DNA of 64,000 nucleotides from Pristiophorus japonicus (GCF_044704955.1 NC_091979.1:48236001-48300000), one strand, 5' to 3'. Shown: positions 25,568 to 38,430, counted from the stretch's first letter. Numbers and translations are program-made. The notes: generated by a model not told the origin, from the letters alone.

Positions 25568-26790
25568 TCAGGCATCAGTAGTTGAAGCGTTCACGGATGA
25601 GCTGCTGGCGCAAGTCTCGAGCAACGTTAAAGGGGCATGATGGACGGCCCTCCTCCGACCTCGTGCTCCGGCATCAGGCACTTGCATGCTTTCCTGATTG
25701 TCGTTATCATCCACATCCTGGTCTTCCGTAATACTATCATCATGCACTGGACCCTCACATCGGTCTTCTGGTTCCACGACCAGCTCCTGCTGCCTTATGA
25801 TGGCTAAGTTATGAAGCATGCAGCACACAACAGTGAAGTGACTGACAATCTGAGGAGAGTATTGCAACTGTCCTCCGGAATGGTCCAGGCATCGGAATCG
25901 CTGTTTCAATATGCCAATGGTCCTCTCAATGATGCTGCGCGTCGCAATGTGCGCCATGTTGTATTGACGGTCAGCTTCTGTCCGTGTCACGCGTATGGGC
26001 GTCATGAGCCAGGTGGTCAAGCCGTACCCTTTGTCTCCCAGTAGCCAGCTATGCCCTTCTGGCTGCTGCTCAAACATGTCAGATAGAACGCTGTCGCGTA
26101 GGATGAATGCATCGTGGGTGCTGCCAGGGTATCTCGCGTCGACTGACATGATGCGCTGCTTGTCGTCACACACGAGCTGCACATTGATAGAGTGGAAACC
26201 TTTCCTATTTCGGTACTGCTCAGATTCCTTCACGGGCGCTCGCAAGGCTATGTGGGTACAATCAATGCAGCCCTGTACCTTTGGGAAGCCGGCAATCCTG
26301 AAGAAGCCCACAACCCTCTCATGGATCGCTTGTGCGGTCATTGAGAAATTGATGAAGTCATTCCTTCGCGCATAAAGTGCAGCCGTGACCTGGTAAATGC
26401 AGGCATGTATTGCACGTTGAGAGATGGCACACACATCTCCAGTTGTAGCCTGAAACGATCCCGAGGCATAGAAAGAAAGTGCAGCTGTTACCTTCCCTTC
26501 AACAGCCAAGGCAGTGTCCTTCTGCTTCTGGGCTGCAAATCTGCTCTCACCATATCACAGATCTCAGTGACAACTTCTCTGCGAAAACGCAGCCTTTTCA
26601 CACAATCAGCCTTGCTCATGTCCAGGTACGAGCGCCTGGTTCAATATTGTCGGCGTGGGCAAGGTCTCCTGCCCATCAACCTACGGGCTACGACGTTCCT
26701 GGTGTGGTGAGCTCTAATCAATTCTCTCCTATGCAGTGAATTGATGGCAAACCATTGCATAATACGTGGTGTTGACAATACAGCACCCAT
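25568..26790 (-). pseudogene. Harbinger DDE transposase, nearly intact
   Basis: ATG 26790 (MGAVLSTPR) follows acceptor TTTGCAG. TGA at 26641-26643 and a frameshift at ~26515. Then a 313-aa ORF with CIDCTH, YPGSTHDAF, GDKGY, IERTIGILKQRF. Confidence 0.93.
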
Positions 26791-26836
26791 TCTGCAAATT
26801 TAAATATAAAACTGTCGATGTGGCTGCCTCTCCCTG

Positions 26837-27138
26837 TCCAAATGGCCTCAGTCCCCCTCACAGCTCGAAGGCTGCTGCTGTATCTTTGGCTGCCGGCCAG
26901 CCACTGACGCCGCCCCTAAAGCATGGCCGAATGGCCTCAAGCACCATAAAGAGCTGCGTGTGTCCTGCGTTGATTCTTCGGCTGCCGGCCAGCCACTGAC
27001 ACCGCTGCTATCTCATGGCCGAATGGCCTCACGTCGGTCCGCTGATTCTTCGGCTGCCGGCCAGCCACTGACGCCGCTGATATCTCATGGCCGAATGGCC
27101 TCGGGTCCGTCCGGTGCTGCTTCTTCGCGGCCAGCCAC
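26837..27138 (+). repeat. 62-bp direct repeats separated by variable spacers
   Basis: Repeats at 26877-26938, 26969-27030 and 27041-27102, plus partial copies. Each ends ATGGCCGAATGGCCTC. Spacers are 27, 30, 10 and 13 bp. Confidence 0.85.
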
Positions 27139-27984
27139 GAAGAGAATGAAGGCCTGCCTCAAGCACTGCAGCTCAGCTCAAAGCTTGCTGCCGCTGCCGT
27201 CGAGACACTGACGCCACACCCCCGCCTGTCTCCAACATGAAAGGCCTGCCTGAAGCACTTTCACTCAGGTAGGAACATGGTTTATTTAATCTTTTCTTTG
27301 CTTATAAATTTTTATTCAGGTTGGATTTATTTGTATAATATTTGTATAAGTATAACTAAGGATTGATTGTAGAATTTAATGACTTCCCTTCCCCCCCTCA
27401 CCTCGTTCCCTACACCTAATTTGTAACCTACACCTGATTTTCTAAAGTGTAGACAAGGTTTTTTCGAGCGTACAAAAATCTTCACTTACTCCATTCTAAG
27501 TTAGTTTGGAGTAAGTTTTCACTCACGAAACTTTGAAATCAGGCGTAAGTGGCCGGACACGCCCCCTTTTGAAAAAAAAATTCTGTTCCAAAGTGAAACT
27601 GTTCTACCTGACTAGAACTGGAGCAAACTAAATGTGGAGAATTCCGATTTCTAAGATACTCCGTTCTACACCAGTTGCTCCTAAAAATCAGGAGCAAATC
27701 ATGTGGAAACTTGGGGCCCTAGATGTGAAACATAATTTACAACTTGGAAAGGTACCGGGCACAAGGTAGTATTATTGTTTCATTTGGTGAACAGTGTGCT
27801 CTTAATGGTGGGAGACATCAGTTCTAATGGGGAACAGGCATTTTTCCCCACACTCACTGTATCAGCGTTCCTCGGTTAGGTGGAGCATGAGTTAGGTGCA
27901 GTAAAACGTCTCCCAAAAAGTGTCTCAAAAACGTACCCTTAGCCCTAATGGCAGAAAAGCATCAGTGTAAATATTTTCATTGCT

Positions 27985-28470
27985 CAGCTGTAGCTCAGTG
28001 GGTAGCACTCTTGCCTGCTGAATCAGAAAGTTGTGGGTTCAAGTCCCACTTCAGGGACTACAGCACAAAAATTTAGGCTGACACTCCAGGGGAGTATTGC
28101 GCTGTCGGAGGTGCCGTCTTTTGGATAAGACGTTAAACCGAGGTCCCGTCTTTTGGATGAGACGTTAAACCGAGGTCCCATCTGCTCCGTCAAGTGGACA
28201 TAAAATATCCCATGACACTATTTTGAAGAGCAGGGAAGTTATCCCCGGTGTCCTGGCCAATATTTATCCCTCAATCAACACAAAAAAAAAGATTATCTGG
28301 TCATTATCACATTGCTGTTTGGAGGCAGCTTGCTTGTGCGCAAATTGGCTGCCACGCTTCCCACATTACAACAGTGACTACACTTGAAAAGTTCTTCATT
28401 GGCTGTAAAGCGCTTTGAGACAGCCGGTGGTCGTGAAAGGCGCTATATAAATCCAAGTATTTCTTTTTTT
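27985..28470 (+). mobile_element. Deu-domain SINE, full length, with a 32-bp internal tandem duplication
   Basis: A box TAGCTCAGTGG, B box GGTTCAAGTCC, duplication at 28116-28179, tail GCGCTATATAAAT. Confidence 0.9.
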
Positions 28471-29435
28471 CTCCCGCCAGCTGCCTTTGTGACTTCCCCC
28501 AAATGAGACTGTCAATTTAGGAGCAAACTATAGTTTCCTGCTGTAGACCCATGGCCACCAGAACCTAGCTAAAGATTATCTGAATTCATTCCCTGTGCAG
28601 CCAGTAAAGAGAGACAACTTTCACCCACTATCAATCTGGGCTGGATTCAACCTTGGTTCCCAGAGGTCAAAGGATAATGCTGTGTGCTATTAGGTCACTC
28701 AGTGTCCCTGACACCTAGCATTATTCTTAACTCATATGTGTAAATATATATACAATTAAATAGCGGAAATTTGGCAAAACACATTCAGAGTCCCACTCCC
28801 AGTGGCTTGGCTGCTACAGTAGAAATAGTAAATTCAACTCCAAAGGTTAATCAATTGAATCTGCTCTGTGAGAGTTTGAGGAGGTTCTGCAGAGTTCAAA
28901 TAGAACAATCTGCGTAGGTTTGTTTGTGTTGGGGGGAGTGGGTGTGGAGAAGTGAGAGAGAAATAGATTAAAGTGTCAATTAACCTATCCTCATTTAATA
29001 CTTCTACATTCTTAATATAGACAGTTGCCTTTAGGAAGCCAGGATATTTGTCCAGTGATCGCCTACTTCAAATCAGTCACATAGTAAATTAATTTTATTT
29101 TTAAGTTTAGCTGTTTTTTAATCTTCCTTTGTAAAGGTAGAATAAGAACATTTATTTTATTTCTGGATTCATCCATATCATAACTAAATCCATATGGTCA
29201 CTACTGATGAAACAATAATTGATGATATTTTGGATCATATCCAGCCCCGTATCTTGCATGATTAAAATGAACAATTTCCAAATATCAGTGCATCAAAAGG
29301 TAAACAATTACAGACAGATCAATTACACCCTGACTGTACTAAAGTAGTGTTCGTAAAGAAGTGAAGAGAGGAGCACATAGTGCAGGTAGATGCTTTAACT
29401 TAAAGCTTCCACAGATAATTAAATATCAGAGTCTA

Positions 29436-29899
29436 CAACTAGGGGAGCATATTCTCAGGATATGGGGTCAGCCATTTAGGACTGAGATGAGGAGAAATTT
29501 CTTTACTCAGAGGGTTGTGAATATTTGCAATTCTCTACCCCAGAGGGCTGTGAACGCTCAGTCGTTGAGTATATTCAAGGCTGAGCTGGATAGATTTTTG
29601 ATCCTTTGGGAATCAAGGGAGATAGAGAGCATAAGAACATAAGAAATAGGAGCAGGAGTCGGCCATTTGGCCCCTCAAGTCTGCTCCGCCATTCAATAAG
29701 ATCATGGCTGATCTGATCTTGGCCTCAACTCCACTTCCCTGCCCGCTCCCCATAACCCTCGACTCCCTTATCATTCAAAAAGAGGATCGAGCAGGATAGT
29801 GGAGTTGAGGTAGAAGATCAGCCTTGATCTTACTGAATGGTGGAGCAGACTCAAGGGACTGTATGGCCTACTTCTGCTCTTATTTCTTCTGTTCTTATA
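29436..29899. mobile_element. CR1 3' end (+) with an antisense CR1 tail inserted at 29631-29780
   Basis: The plus-strand tail resumes at 29781 after an inverted tail copy. Confidence 0.8.
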
Positions 29900-29919
29900 C
29901 TCTTATCAGTGACATATAG

Positions 29920-31975
29920 TGTATCTGGAGTAAAAATAAAATGGGGAAGGTGGCTCAACCGTGGCTAACAAGGGAAATTAAAGATAGTGTTAAAACCAAG
30001 GAAGAGGCATATAAATTGGCTAGAAAAAGCAACAAACCTGAGAACTGGGAGAAATTTAGAATTCAACAGAGGAGGACTAAGGGTTAAATTAAGAGGGGGA
30101 AAATAGAGTACGAGAGGAAGCTTGCAGGGAACATAAAAACTGACTGCAAAAGCTTCTATAAATATGTGAAGAGAAAAAGATTAGTGAAGACAAACATAGG
30201 TCCATTGCAGTCGGATTCAGGTGAATTTATAATGGGAACAAAGAAATGGCAGACCAGCTGAACAAATACTTCGGTTCTGCCTTCACGAAGGAAGACACAA
30301 ATAACCTTCCGAATGTACTAGGGGACAGTGGGTCTGGTGAGAAGGAGGAACTGAAGGATATCCTCATTAGGCGGGAAATTGTGTTAGGGATATTGATGGG
30401 ATTGAAGGCCGATAAATCCCCGGGGCCTGATAGTCTGCATCCCAGAGTACTTAAGTAAGTGGCCCTAGAAATAGTGGATGCATTGGTGATCATTTTCCAA
30501 CAGTCTATCGACTCTGGATCATTTCCCATGGACTGGAGGGTAGCTAATGTAACACCACTTTTTTAAAAAGGAGGGAGAGAGAAAACGGGTAATTATAGAC
30601 TGGTTAGCCTGACATCAGTAGTGAGGAAAATGTTGGAATCAATCATTAAGGATGAAATAGCAGCGCATTTGGAAAGCAGTGACAGGATCAGTCCAAGTCA
30701 GCATGGATTTATGAAAGGGAAATCATGCTTGAAGAATCTTCTGGAATATTTTGAGGATGTAACTAGCAGAGTGGGCAAGGGAGAACCAGTGGATGTGGTG
30801 CATTTGGACTTTCAAAAGGCTTTTGACAAGGTCCCGCGCAAGAGATTGGTGTGTAAAATCAAAGCACATGGTATTGGGGGTAATGTACTGACGTGGATAG
30901 AGAACTGGTTGGCAGACAGGAAGTAGAGAGTCGGGATAAACAGGTCCTTTTCTGAATGGCAGGCAGTGACTAGTGGAGTGCCGCAGGGCTCAGTGCTGGG
31001 ACCCCAGCTCTTTACAATATACATTAACAATTTAGATGAAGGAATTGAGTGTAATATCTCCAAGTTTGCAGATGACACTAAACTGGGTGACGGTGTGAGC
31101 TGTGAGGAGGATGCTAAGAGGCTGCAAGGTGACTTGGACAGGTTATGAGTTGGCAAATGCATGGCAGATGCAGTATGTGGATAAATGTGAGGTTATCCAT
31201 TTTGGGGCAAAAACACGAAGGCAGAATATTATCTGAATGGTGATAGATTAGGAAAAGGGGAGGTGCAACGAGACCTGGGTGTCATGGTACATCAGTCATT
31301 GAAAGTTGACATGCAGGTACAGTGGGCGGTGAAGAAGGCAAATGGTATGTTGGCCTTCATAGCTAGGGGATTTGAGTATAGGAGCACGGAGGTCTTACTG
31401 CAGTTGTACAGGGCCTTGGTGAGGCCTCACCTGGAATATTGTGTACAGTTTTGGTCTCCTAATCTGAGGAAGGACATTCTTGCTATTGAGGGAGTGCAAT
31501 GAAGGTTCACCAGGGATGGCTGGACTGTCATATGAGGAGAGACTGGATCAACTGGGCCTTTATTCATTTGAGTTTAGAAGGATGAGAGGGGATCGCACAG
31601 AAACGTACAAGATTCTGACGGGACTGGACAGGTTAGATGCAGGAAGAATGTTCCCGATGTTGGGGAAGTCCAGAACCAGGGGACATAGTCTTAGGATAAG
31701 GGGTAGGCCATTTAGGACTGAGATGAGGAGAAACTTCTTCACTCAGAGAGTTGTTAACCTGTGGAATTCCCTGCCACAGAGAGTTGTTTAAGCCAGTTCA
31801 TTGGATATATTCAAGAGGGAGTTAGATATGGCCCTTACGGCTAAGGGGATCGGGATATTGAGAGAAAGCACGAAAGGGGTATTGAGGGAATGATCAGCCA
31901 TGATCTTATTGAATGGTGGTGCAGGCTCGAAAGGCCGAATGGCCTACTCCTGCACCTATTTTCTATGTTTCTGTA
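29920..31975 (+). mobile_element. CR1, 5'-truncated, ORF2 fragmented
   Basis: RT motifs with several stops and frameshifts. Tail ends at ~31975. Confidence 0.93.
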
Positions 31976-33069
31976 TCCAGCTCCTTACAGGAGATCCTAT
32001 AGTGTTCCATAGTGCTGGTCTCTACTTGATCTTCCCCAAACATCGAGGAAGGTCCCAGACAGACCAGCAAAAGACTTTGCATTAACTCCACATGTGTAGT
32101 TACTTTGAAGTCATGTTCACAACTTCAGGTGCACAAATCTCCTGCTAGCACACTTATCCATTCTTACTGATCATCCGAGCATTATTAATCAGCAGGTATG
32201 GATATTCTTAGGGCATCTGTTTCTCTGCGACCTACTGTTGCTCTCTCCCACCAATGGCAAAGGATAGATTTTGTTCCCTTTTCGAATCTTGGGTTAAGGT
32301 CAATGTTTCAGGTTAAGAAAATTACACAGGGTGAGTTCAAAGATAATTTTCATTAAGCAGTGCATAATGTAAAGCATTTTTCTTTTCACTGTGACAACAT
32401 GGTAATTAACAGACAGAGCCTAAAGCTATATTTTCAACAAAGCTGCAATTTTTTCCCACGCTAAAAAATTTAGGTGAAAGATTCTGTCTATTTTCCAATA
32501 TTCCAAAGCAGTTTCCTGTTGACTGCCATTAAACCTCTTTTTTTACTTCACATTCCCATATTCGAGAAAGTACTTTTTGCCTAAAGGTTTATTCCCATAA
32601 CAATAATTGCCAACCAAGAACCTCATTGTGCCTTTGGCTTGCCTTTCTATTGTTACTCAATTCTCTGATTGACTAACATTGATTGCTGGCTCAGGTGCAA
32701 TGATAATCCACTTGGTTTAAGCCCAGATTTTTTCAGTGGAGTGTCCGAAAATTTCTAAAATGAAAACCGGACATCAAAAGGTTTTAAACGAAAGAAATCC
32801 ATTTTTACAACTTACTCTTGATTGATATACGAACATACGAAAAATTACAGACAGGTAAAGACCATCTGGTCCATCAAATGGGTCCCACACGATTGCAATA
32901 CAGGTACCTTGTGTTTCACAACGTTTACACTCCACACCACCCAAAACCATGTGATCTCCTATATTTATATGGCATTAAGATGTTCAACAAATCATCATGA
33001 TCAGAAATCAAACCATGGTCCCACTCCTTGAGTTGCCCTATTCTGCCCCTGTTGACAAAGGTTAACAAA

Positions 33070-33510
33070 GGAGCATAGTGGTTATGTTACTGGAGTAGTA
33101 ATCCAGAGGCCTGGTCTAATGAATCTAGAGCAGTGAGTTCAAATCTCCCACCACAACAGCTGGGGAATTTAAATTCAATTAATTAAATAAATCTGGAATT
33201 GCAAAACTAATATCAGCACTGGTAACCATGAAACCATGTCGTTAAAACCCAACTGGTTCACTAATGTTCTTTGGGGAAGGAAACCTGCCGTCCTTACCCG
33301 CTCTGTCCTATACATGACTACAGACCCACAGCAATGTGATTAACTGCCCTCAGAAATGGCCTAGCTGAAATGGTCACTCAGTTGTACCAAACCACTATGA
33401 CAAAGTCAGCACTGTGGGAGCACCTTCACCACAATCTGCAGTGGTTCAAGAAGGCGGCTCACCACCACCTTCTCAAGGGCAATCAGGGATGGGCGATAAA
33501 TGCCGGCCTA
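33070..33510 (+). mobile_element. SINE family B
   Basis: tRNA-like head (TAGTGGTTATG...GAGTTCAAATC). Tail CACCACCACCTTCTCAAGGGCAAT shared with LINE ends. Confidence 0.8.
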
Positions 33511-33621
33511 AAACAAAAACCTTAATTTCACATTAAGCATGCCTTCTTTCAGTCAAACTGGCTTAGAATCCGCAGTGGCAAACCCAAGCATTAGATTCTC
33601 ATTTGTAAACAAGCCCACGTG

Positions 33622-34560
33622 TCAGCCAAGCTCAATTGGTGGCAATCTCACCATTCCCGGATTTAAGCATGTAACTGAGGCCAGCAGTTGAGTGTAGTAC
33701 TGAGAGAACACTGCATTGTCAGAGATGCTGTTTGTGAGAGAAGATATTAAAGCGAGAGCCTATCTGCCTGTTCAGGTGGATGTAAATAATGATCTTGTGG
33801 CATTATTTTTAAATCAAGGCACAGAGATTTCCTGGTGTTCTGTCCAACAGTACCGAAAACATATTGGGCTAGAAATTGGCCAGCCTTGCACCCATTTTTT
33901 CGACGATATTTTGCCGTTTTGACGGAAAAAGGTGATCGGGTAAATTGGCCAAAGTCTTGCGCCGTTAGTTTTGAAATACCAATAAAAAGCGGACCACCGG
34001 CGTGCAAGACAAGAAAAAGCGCTATCGCTTTAAATTGGCCATTCAACGCACTCATATTCTGGGTGGAAAAAAACGCCCGAGAAAAGATGTATTGCAGCCT
34101 CAAAAACGACAGTACATATGAAGACCTGCAAAAAAGGCAAGTTAAAGTTTTTATTTTTACATTTTTTTGCAGCGATTACTTAGTTAAGGGTCTTGTAAAT
34201 GTTTTGTGATATTTTTATTTTTTGTTTTTTGCTTTTTTTTGCGTGTTTTCCTCCCTCCCAGAGCCTGTCTTTTAGAGGTAATCAGCCTCGGACTAAAATT
34301 GGCGAGGACCACTGGGCGCATTTGTTTGCCAATTTTAGGCTTTTAAAAAATGGCAGTGTAATTAGTGGTATTTTTGTCAATTTCTAACCCTCGAAGTGGT
34401 TTATTCAGTTTATTTGCTCTTTATGGGATCTTGCTATGCTCAGCTTGTCTGTTGTCAATATAATATTGACCATACTTCAAAAGAAATGCAGTGGATTTTG
34501 AGCATTTTAGGATAGCCTGAGGATGTGATGAACTGCTAAAGAAATGTTAGTTCTTTCCTT
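33622..34560 (+). mobile_element. Old Deu-SINE split by a MITE
   Basis: SINE 5' part at 33622-33865 and 3' part at 34391-34560. Confidence 0.65.
33866..34390 (+). mobile_element. Harbinger MITE
   Basis: TIR GGGCTAGAAATTG / CAATTTCTAACCC, same type as element #1. Donor-like AAAG|GCAAGT followed by a T-rich tract. Confidence 0.8.
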
Positions 34561-35114
34561 CTTCTAATCTCTCATCAAGCCATCAATACATTAGAACCAG
34601 TGCCAATTCACAGCAATTCTTTCATTTTACTCTTGATGAAAAATAAAACATACCATTGTGCTTGCAAACAAGATTTATTCGTCAAATGACAAAAACCCTG
34701 AATGTAGCTATTGCAGTCTGAATTCTGACAGAATAGAAAGAATACCTCAGCGTAAATGGCCTGGATACTTAGAGGTTGAGCGATCAAGTATAGTGCTTGG
34801 TAACAGTTGTGATTCCTTTTAATCAGGAACTACTTGTCAAATGTCGAATCATTAACCAGCAGCTAAACTTCATTGCCTGAACAAACACATGCTGTAATAG
34901 GATTGACAAGAAACATTTAATGGCAAAACCTGGAGACCTGACCATTGTTTAACGAGGGATAACTATAACAGAATCCTGCTGAATAGGTTTGGTTTTACAA
35001 CACGGTGCAGTTATATAGTGCTTTAAAAAAATAATAATTCCAAAGTGCTTCGCAAATAGAAATAGACAAGAAATTGGAGATGGTGTCATAGAGGGAGAGA
35101 TTAGGAGGAGCTGA

Positions 35115-38100
35115 GTGACCACCTCTGGTTCAATACGAAGTGTAGAAGATGCGGCATGTCAGGAGCAGCACCAGGCATACCTTAGAATGAAATACCAACC
35201 TGGTGAAACTATTATACATGGCTACCCACATGCTAAACACCAAAAGCAGCAGGCTAAAGACAGAACTATGTGGTGCCACACCAGCAGGTTATGCCCATCA
35301 CTAGCCCATCCACCTTCAGTCATGAACAGTAAATGGGCAGTCCTGCAAGTAACAGTTGGAGACTGCTCCATGAACATCACCATTAACAAATATGATGTGA
35401 TTGGGATTACGGAGACGTGGCTCCAGGATGATCAGGGCTGGGAACTCAACATTCAGGGGTATTCAACATTCAGGAAGGATAGAATAAAAGGAAAAGGAGG
35501 TGGGGTAGCATTGCTGGTTAAAGAGGAGATTAATGCAATAGTTAGGAAAGACATTAGCTTGGATGATGTGGAATCTATATGGGTAGAGCTGCAGAACACC
35601 AAAGGGCAAAAAACGTTAGTAGGAGTTGTGTACAGACCTCCAAACAGTAATAGGGATGTTGGGGAGGGCATCAAACAGGAAATTAGGGGTGCATGCAATA
35701 AAGGTGTAGCAGTTATAATGGGTGACTTTAATATGCACATAGATTGGGCTAGCCAAACTGGAAGCAATACGGTGGAGGAGGATTTCCTGGAGTGCATAAG
35801 GGATGGTTTTCTAGACCAATATGTTGAGGAACCAACTAGGGGGGAGGCCATCTTAGACTGGGTGTTGTGTAATGAGAGAGGATTAATTAGCAATCTCATT
35901 GTGCGAGGCCCCTTGGGGAAGAGTGACCATAATATGGTGGAATTCTGCATTAGGATGGAGAATGAAACAGTAATTTCAGAGACCATGGTCCAGAACTTAA
36001 AGAAGGGTAACTTTGAAGGTATGAGGCGTGAATTGGCTAGGATAGATTGGCGAATGATACTTAGGGGGTTGACTGTGGATGGGCAATGGCAGACATTTAG
36101 AGACCGCATGGATGAAGTACAACAATTGTACATTCCTGTCTGGCGTAAAAATAAAAAGGGGAAGGTGGCTCAACCGTGGCTATCTAGGGAAATCAGGGAT
36201 AGTATTAAAGCCAAGGAAGTGGCATACAAATTGGCCAGAAATAGCAGCGAACCTGGGGACTGGGAGAAATTTAGAACTCAGCAGAGGAGGACAAAGGGTT
36301 TGATTAGGACAGGGAAAATGGAGTACGAGAAGAAGCTTGCAGGGAACATTAAGGCGGATTGCAAAAGTTTCTATAGGTATGTAAAGAGAAAAAGGTTGGT
36401 GAAGACAAACGTAGGTCCCCTGCAGTCAGAATCAGGGGAAGTCATAACGGGGAACAAAGAAATGGCGGATCAATTGAACAAGTACTTTGGTTCGGTATTC
36501 ACTAAGGAGGATACAAACAACCTTCCGGATATAAAAGGGGTCAGAGGGTCTAGTAAGGAAGAGGAACTGAGGGAAATCTTTATTAGTCGGGAAATTGTGT
36601 TGGGGAAATTGATGGGATTGAAGGCAGATAAATCCCCAGGGCCTGATGGCCTGCATCCTAGAGTACTTAAGGAGGTGGCCTTGGAAATAGCGGATGCATT
36701 GACAGTCATTTTCCAACATTCCATTGACTCTGGATCAGTTCCTATGGAGTGGAGGGTAGCCAATGTAACCCCACTTTTTAAAAAAGGAGGGAGAGAGAAA
36801 ACAGGGAATTATAGACCGGTCAGCCTGACCTCAGTAGTGGGTAAAATGATGGAATCAATTATTAAGGATGTCATAGCAGTGCATCTGGAAAATGGTGACA
36901 TGATAGGTCCAAGTCAGCATGGATTTGTGAAAGGGAAATCATGCTTGACAAATCTTCTGGAATTTTTTGAGGATGTTTCCAGTAAAGTGGACAAAGGAGA
37001 ACCAGTTGATGTGGTATATTTGGACTTTCAGAAGGCTTTCGACAAGGTCCCACACAAGAGATTAATGTGCAAAGTTAAAGCACATGGGATTGGGGGTAGT
37101 GTGCTGACGTGGATTGAGAACTGGTTGTCAGACAGGAAGCAAAGAGTAGGAGTAAACGGGTACTTTTCAGAATGGCAGGCAGTGACTAGTGGAGTGCCGC
37201 AAGGTTCTGTGCTGGGGCCCCAGCTGTTTACATTGTACATTAATGATTTAGACGAGGGGATTAAATGCAGTATCTCCAAATTTGCGGATGACACTAAGTT
37301 GGGTGGCAGTGTGAGCTGCGAGGAGGATGCTATTAGGCTGCAGAGTGACTTGGATAGGTTAGGTGAGTGGGCAAATGCATGGCAGATGAAGTATAATGTG
37401 GATAAATGTGAGGTTATCCACTTTGGTGGTAAAAACAGAGAGACAGACTATTATCTGAATGGTGACAGATTAGGAAAAGGGAAGGTGCAACGAGACCTGG
37501 GTGTCATGGTACATCAGTCATTGAAGGTTGGCATGCAGGTGCAGCAGGCGGTTAAGAAAGCAAATGGCATGTTGGCCTTCATAGCGAGGGGATTTGAATA
37601 CAGGGGCAGGGAGGTGTTGCTACAGTTGTACAGGGCCTTGGTGAGGCCACACCTGGAGTATTGTGTACAGTTTTGGTCTCCTAACTTGAGGAAGGACATT
37701 CTTGCTATTGAGGGAGTGCAGCGAAGGTTCACCAGACTGATTCCCGGGATGGCGGGACTGACCTATCAAGAAAGATTGGATCAATTGGGCTTGTATTCAC
37801 TGGAGTTCAGAAGAATGAGAGGGGACCTCATAGAAACGTTTAAAATTCTGACGGGTTTAGACAGGTTAGATGCAGAAAGAATGTTCCCAATGTTGGGGAA
37901 GTCCAGAACCAGGGGTCACAGTCTGAGGATAAGGGGTAAGCCATTTAGGACCGAGATGAGGAGAAACTTCTTCACCCAGAGAGTGGTGAACCTGTGGAAT
38001 TCTCTACCACAGAAAGTAGTTGAGGCCAATTCACTAAATATATTCAAAAGGGAGTTAGATGAAGTCCTTACTACTCGGGGGATCAAGGGTTATGGCGAGA

Positions 38101-38430
38101 AAGCAGGAAGGGGGTACTGAAGTTTCATGTTCAGCCATGAACTCATTGAATGGCGGTGCAGGCTAGAAGGGCTGAACGGCCTGCTCCTGCACCTATTTTC
38201 TATGTTTCTATGTTTCTATTCTGAATCGTAGTGGAGCCCACCATCAGTCCAAGAAACAAAGCTGAAGTGTTTGCCAAAAGGGCCAAGTGGATGATCCTGC
38301 CAGACATCTCCAACATTATAGATGGCAATGCCCAGCCATTTTGGCATTAAGGAATATGACACTAAGAAAAGGTTGAGTGCACTGAACACAACAAAGGCTA
38401 TGAGCCCCGACAGCATCTCGGCATTAGTTA
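35115..38430 (+). mobile_element. Old LINE of a second family (35115-35384 and 38221-38430), split by CR1
   Basis: ACQEQHQAYLRM...MNITI before the CR1 continues as LN..GA after it. TSD ATT at 35382-35384 and 38218-38220. Confidence 0.7.
35385..38217 (+). mobile_element. Young CR1, 5'-truncated just inside ORF2; remaining ORF2 uninterrupted
   Basis: Open from NKYDVIGITETW to the stop at 38120 (~910 codons) with all EN/RT motifs downstream of the junction. (TTCTATGT)n tail. Confidence 0.96.

Larger units (their letters stand above)
23427..27718 (+). mobile_element. PIF/Harbinger transposon #2, internally deleted autonomous-type copy
   Basis: TIRs GGCCCCAAGTTTC / GAAACTTGGGGCC. 3-bp TSD CTA at 23424-23426 and 27719-27721. 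Convergent Myb-like gene and transposase. Confidence 0.92.

Noticed and set aside
25568-26509. Domesticated HARBI1 host gene
   Set aside because: Lies within TIRs and a TSD alongside a Myb partner and has disabling lesions, so it is a transposon copy.
26837-27138. CRISPR array call
   Set aside because: Eukaryotic context, no cas genes, 62-bp repeats and uneven short spacers; recorded only as a repeat-spacer array.
27985-28060. tRNA gene
   Set aside because: A and B boxes continue into a SINE body; no complete cloverleaf seen.
35453-37732. Recurrent antisense ORFs in CR1 copies
   Set aside because: Shadow frames of ORF2, repeated only because the copies are homologous.
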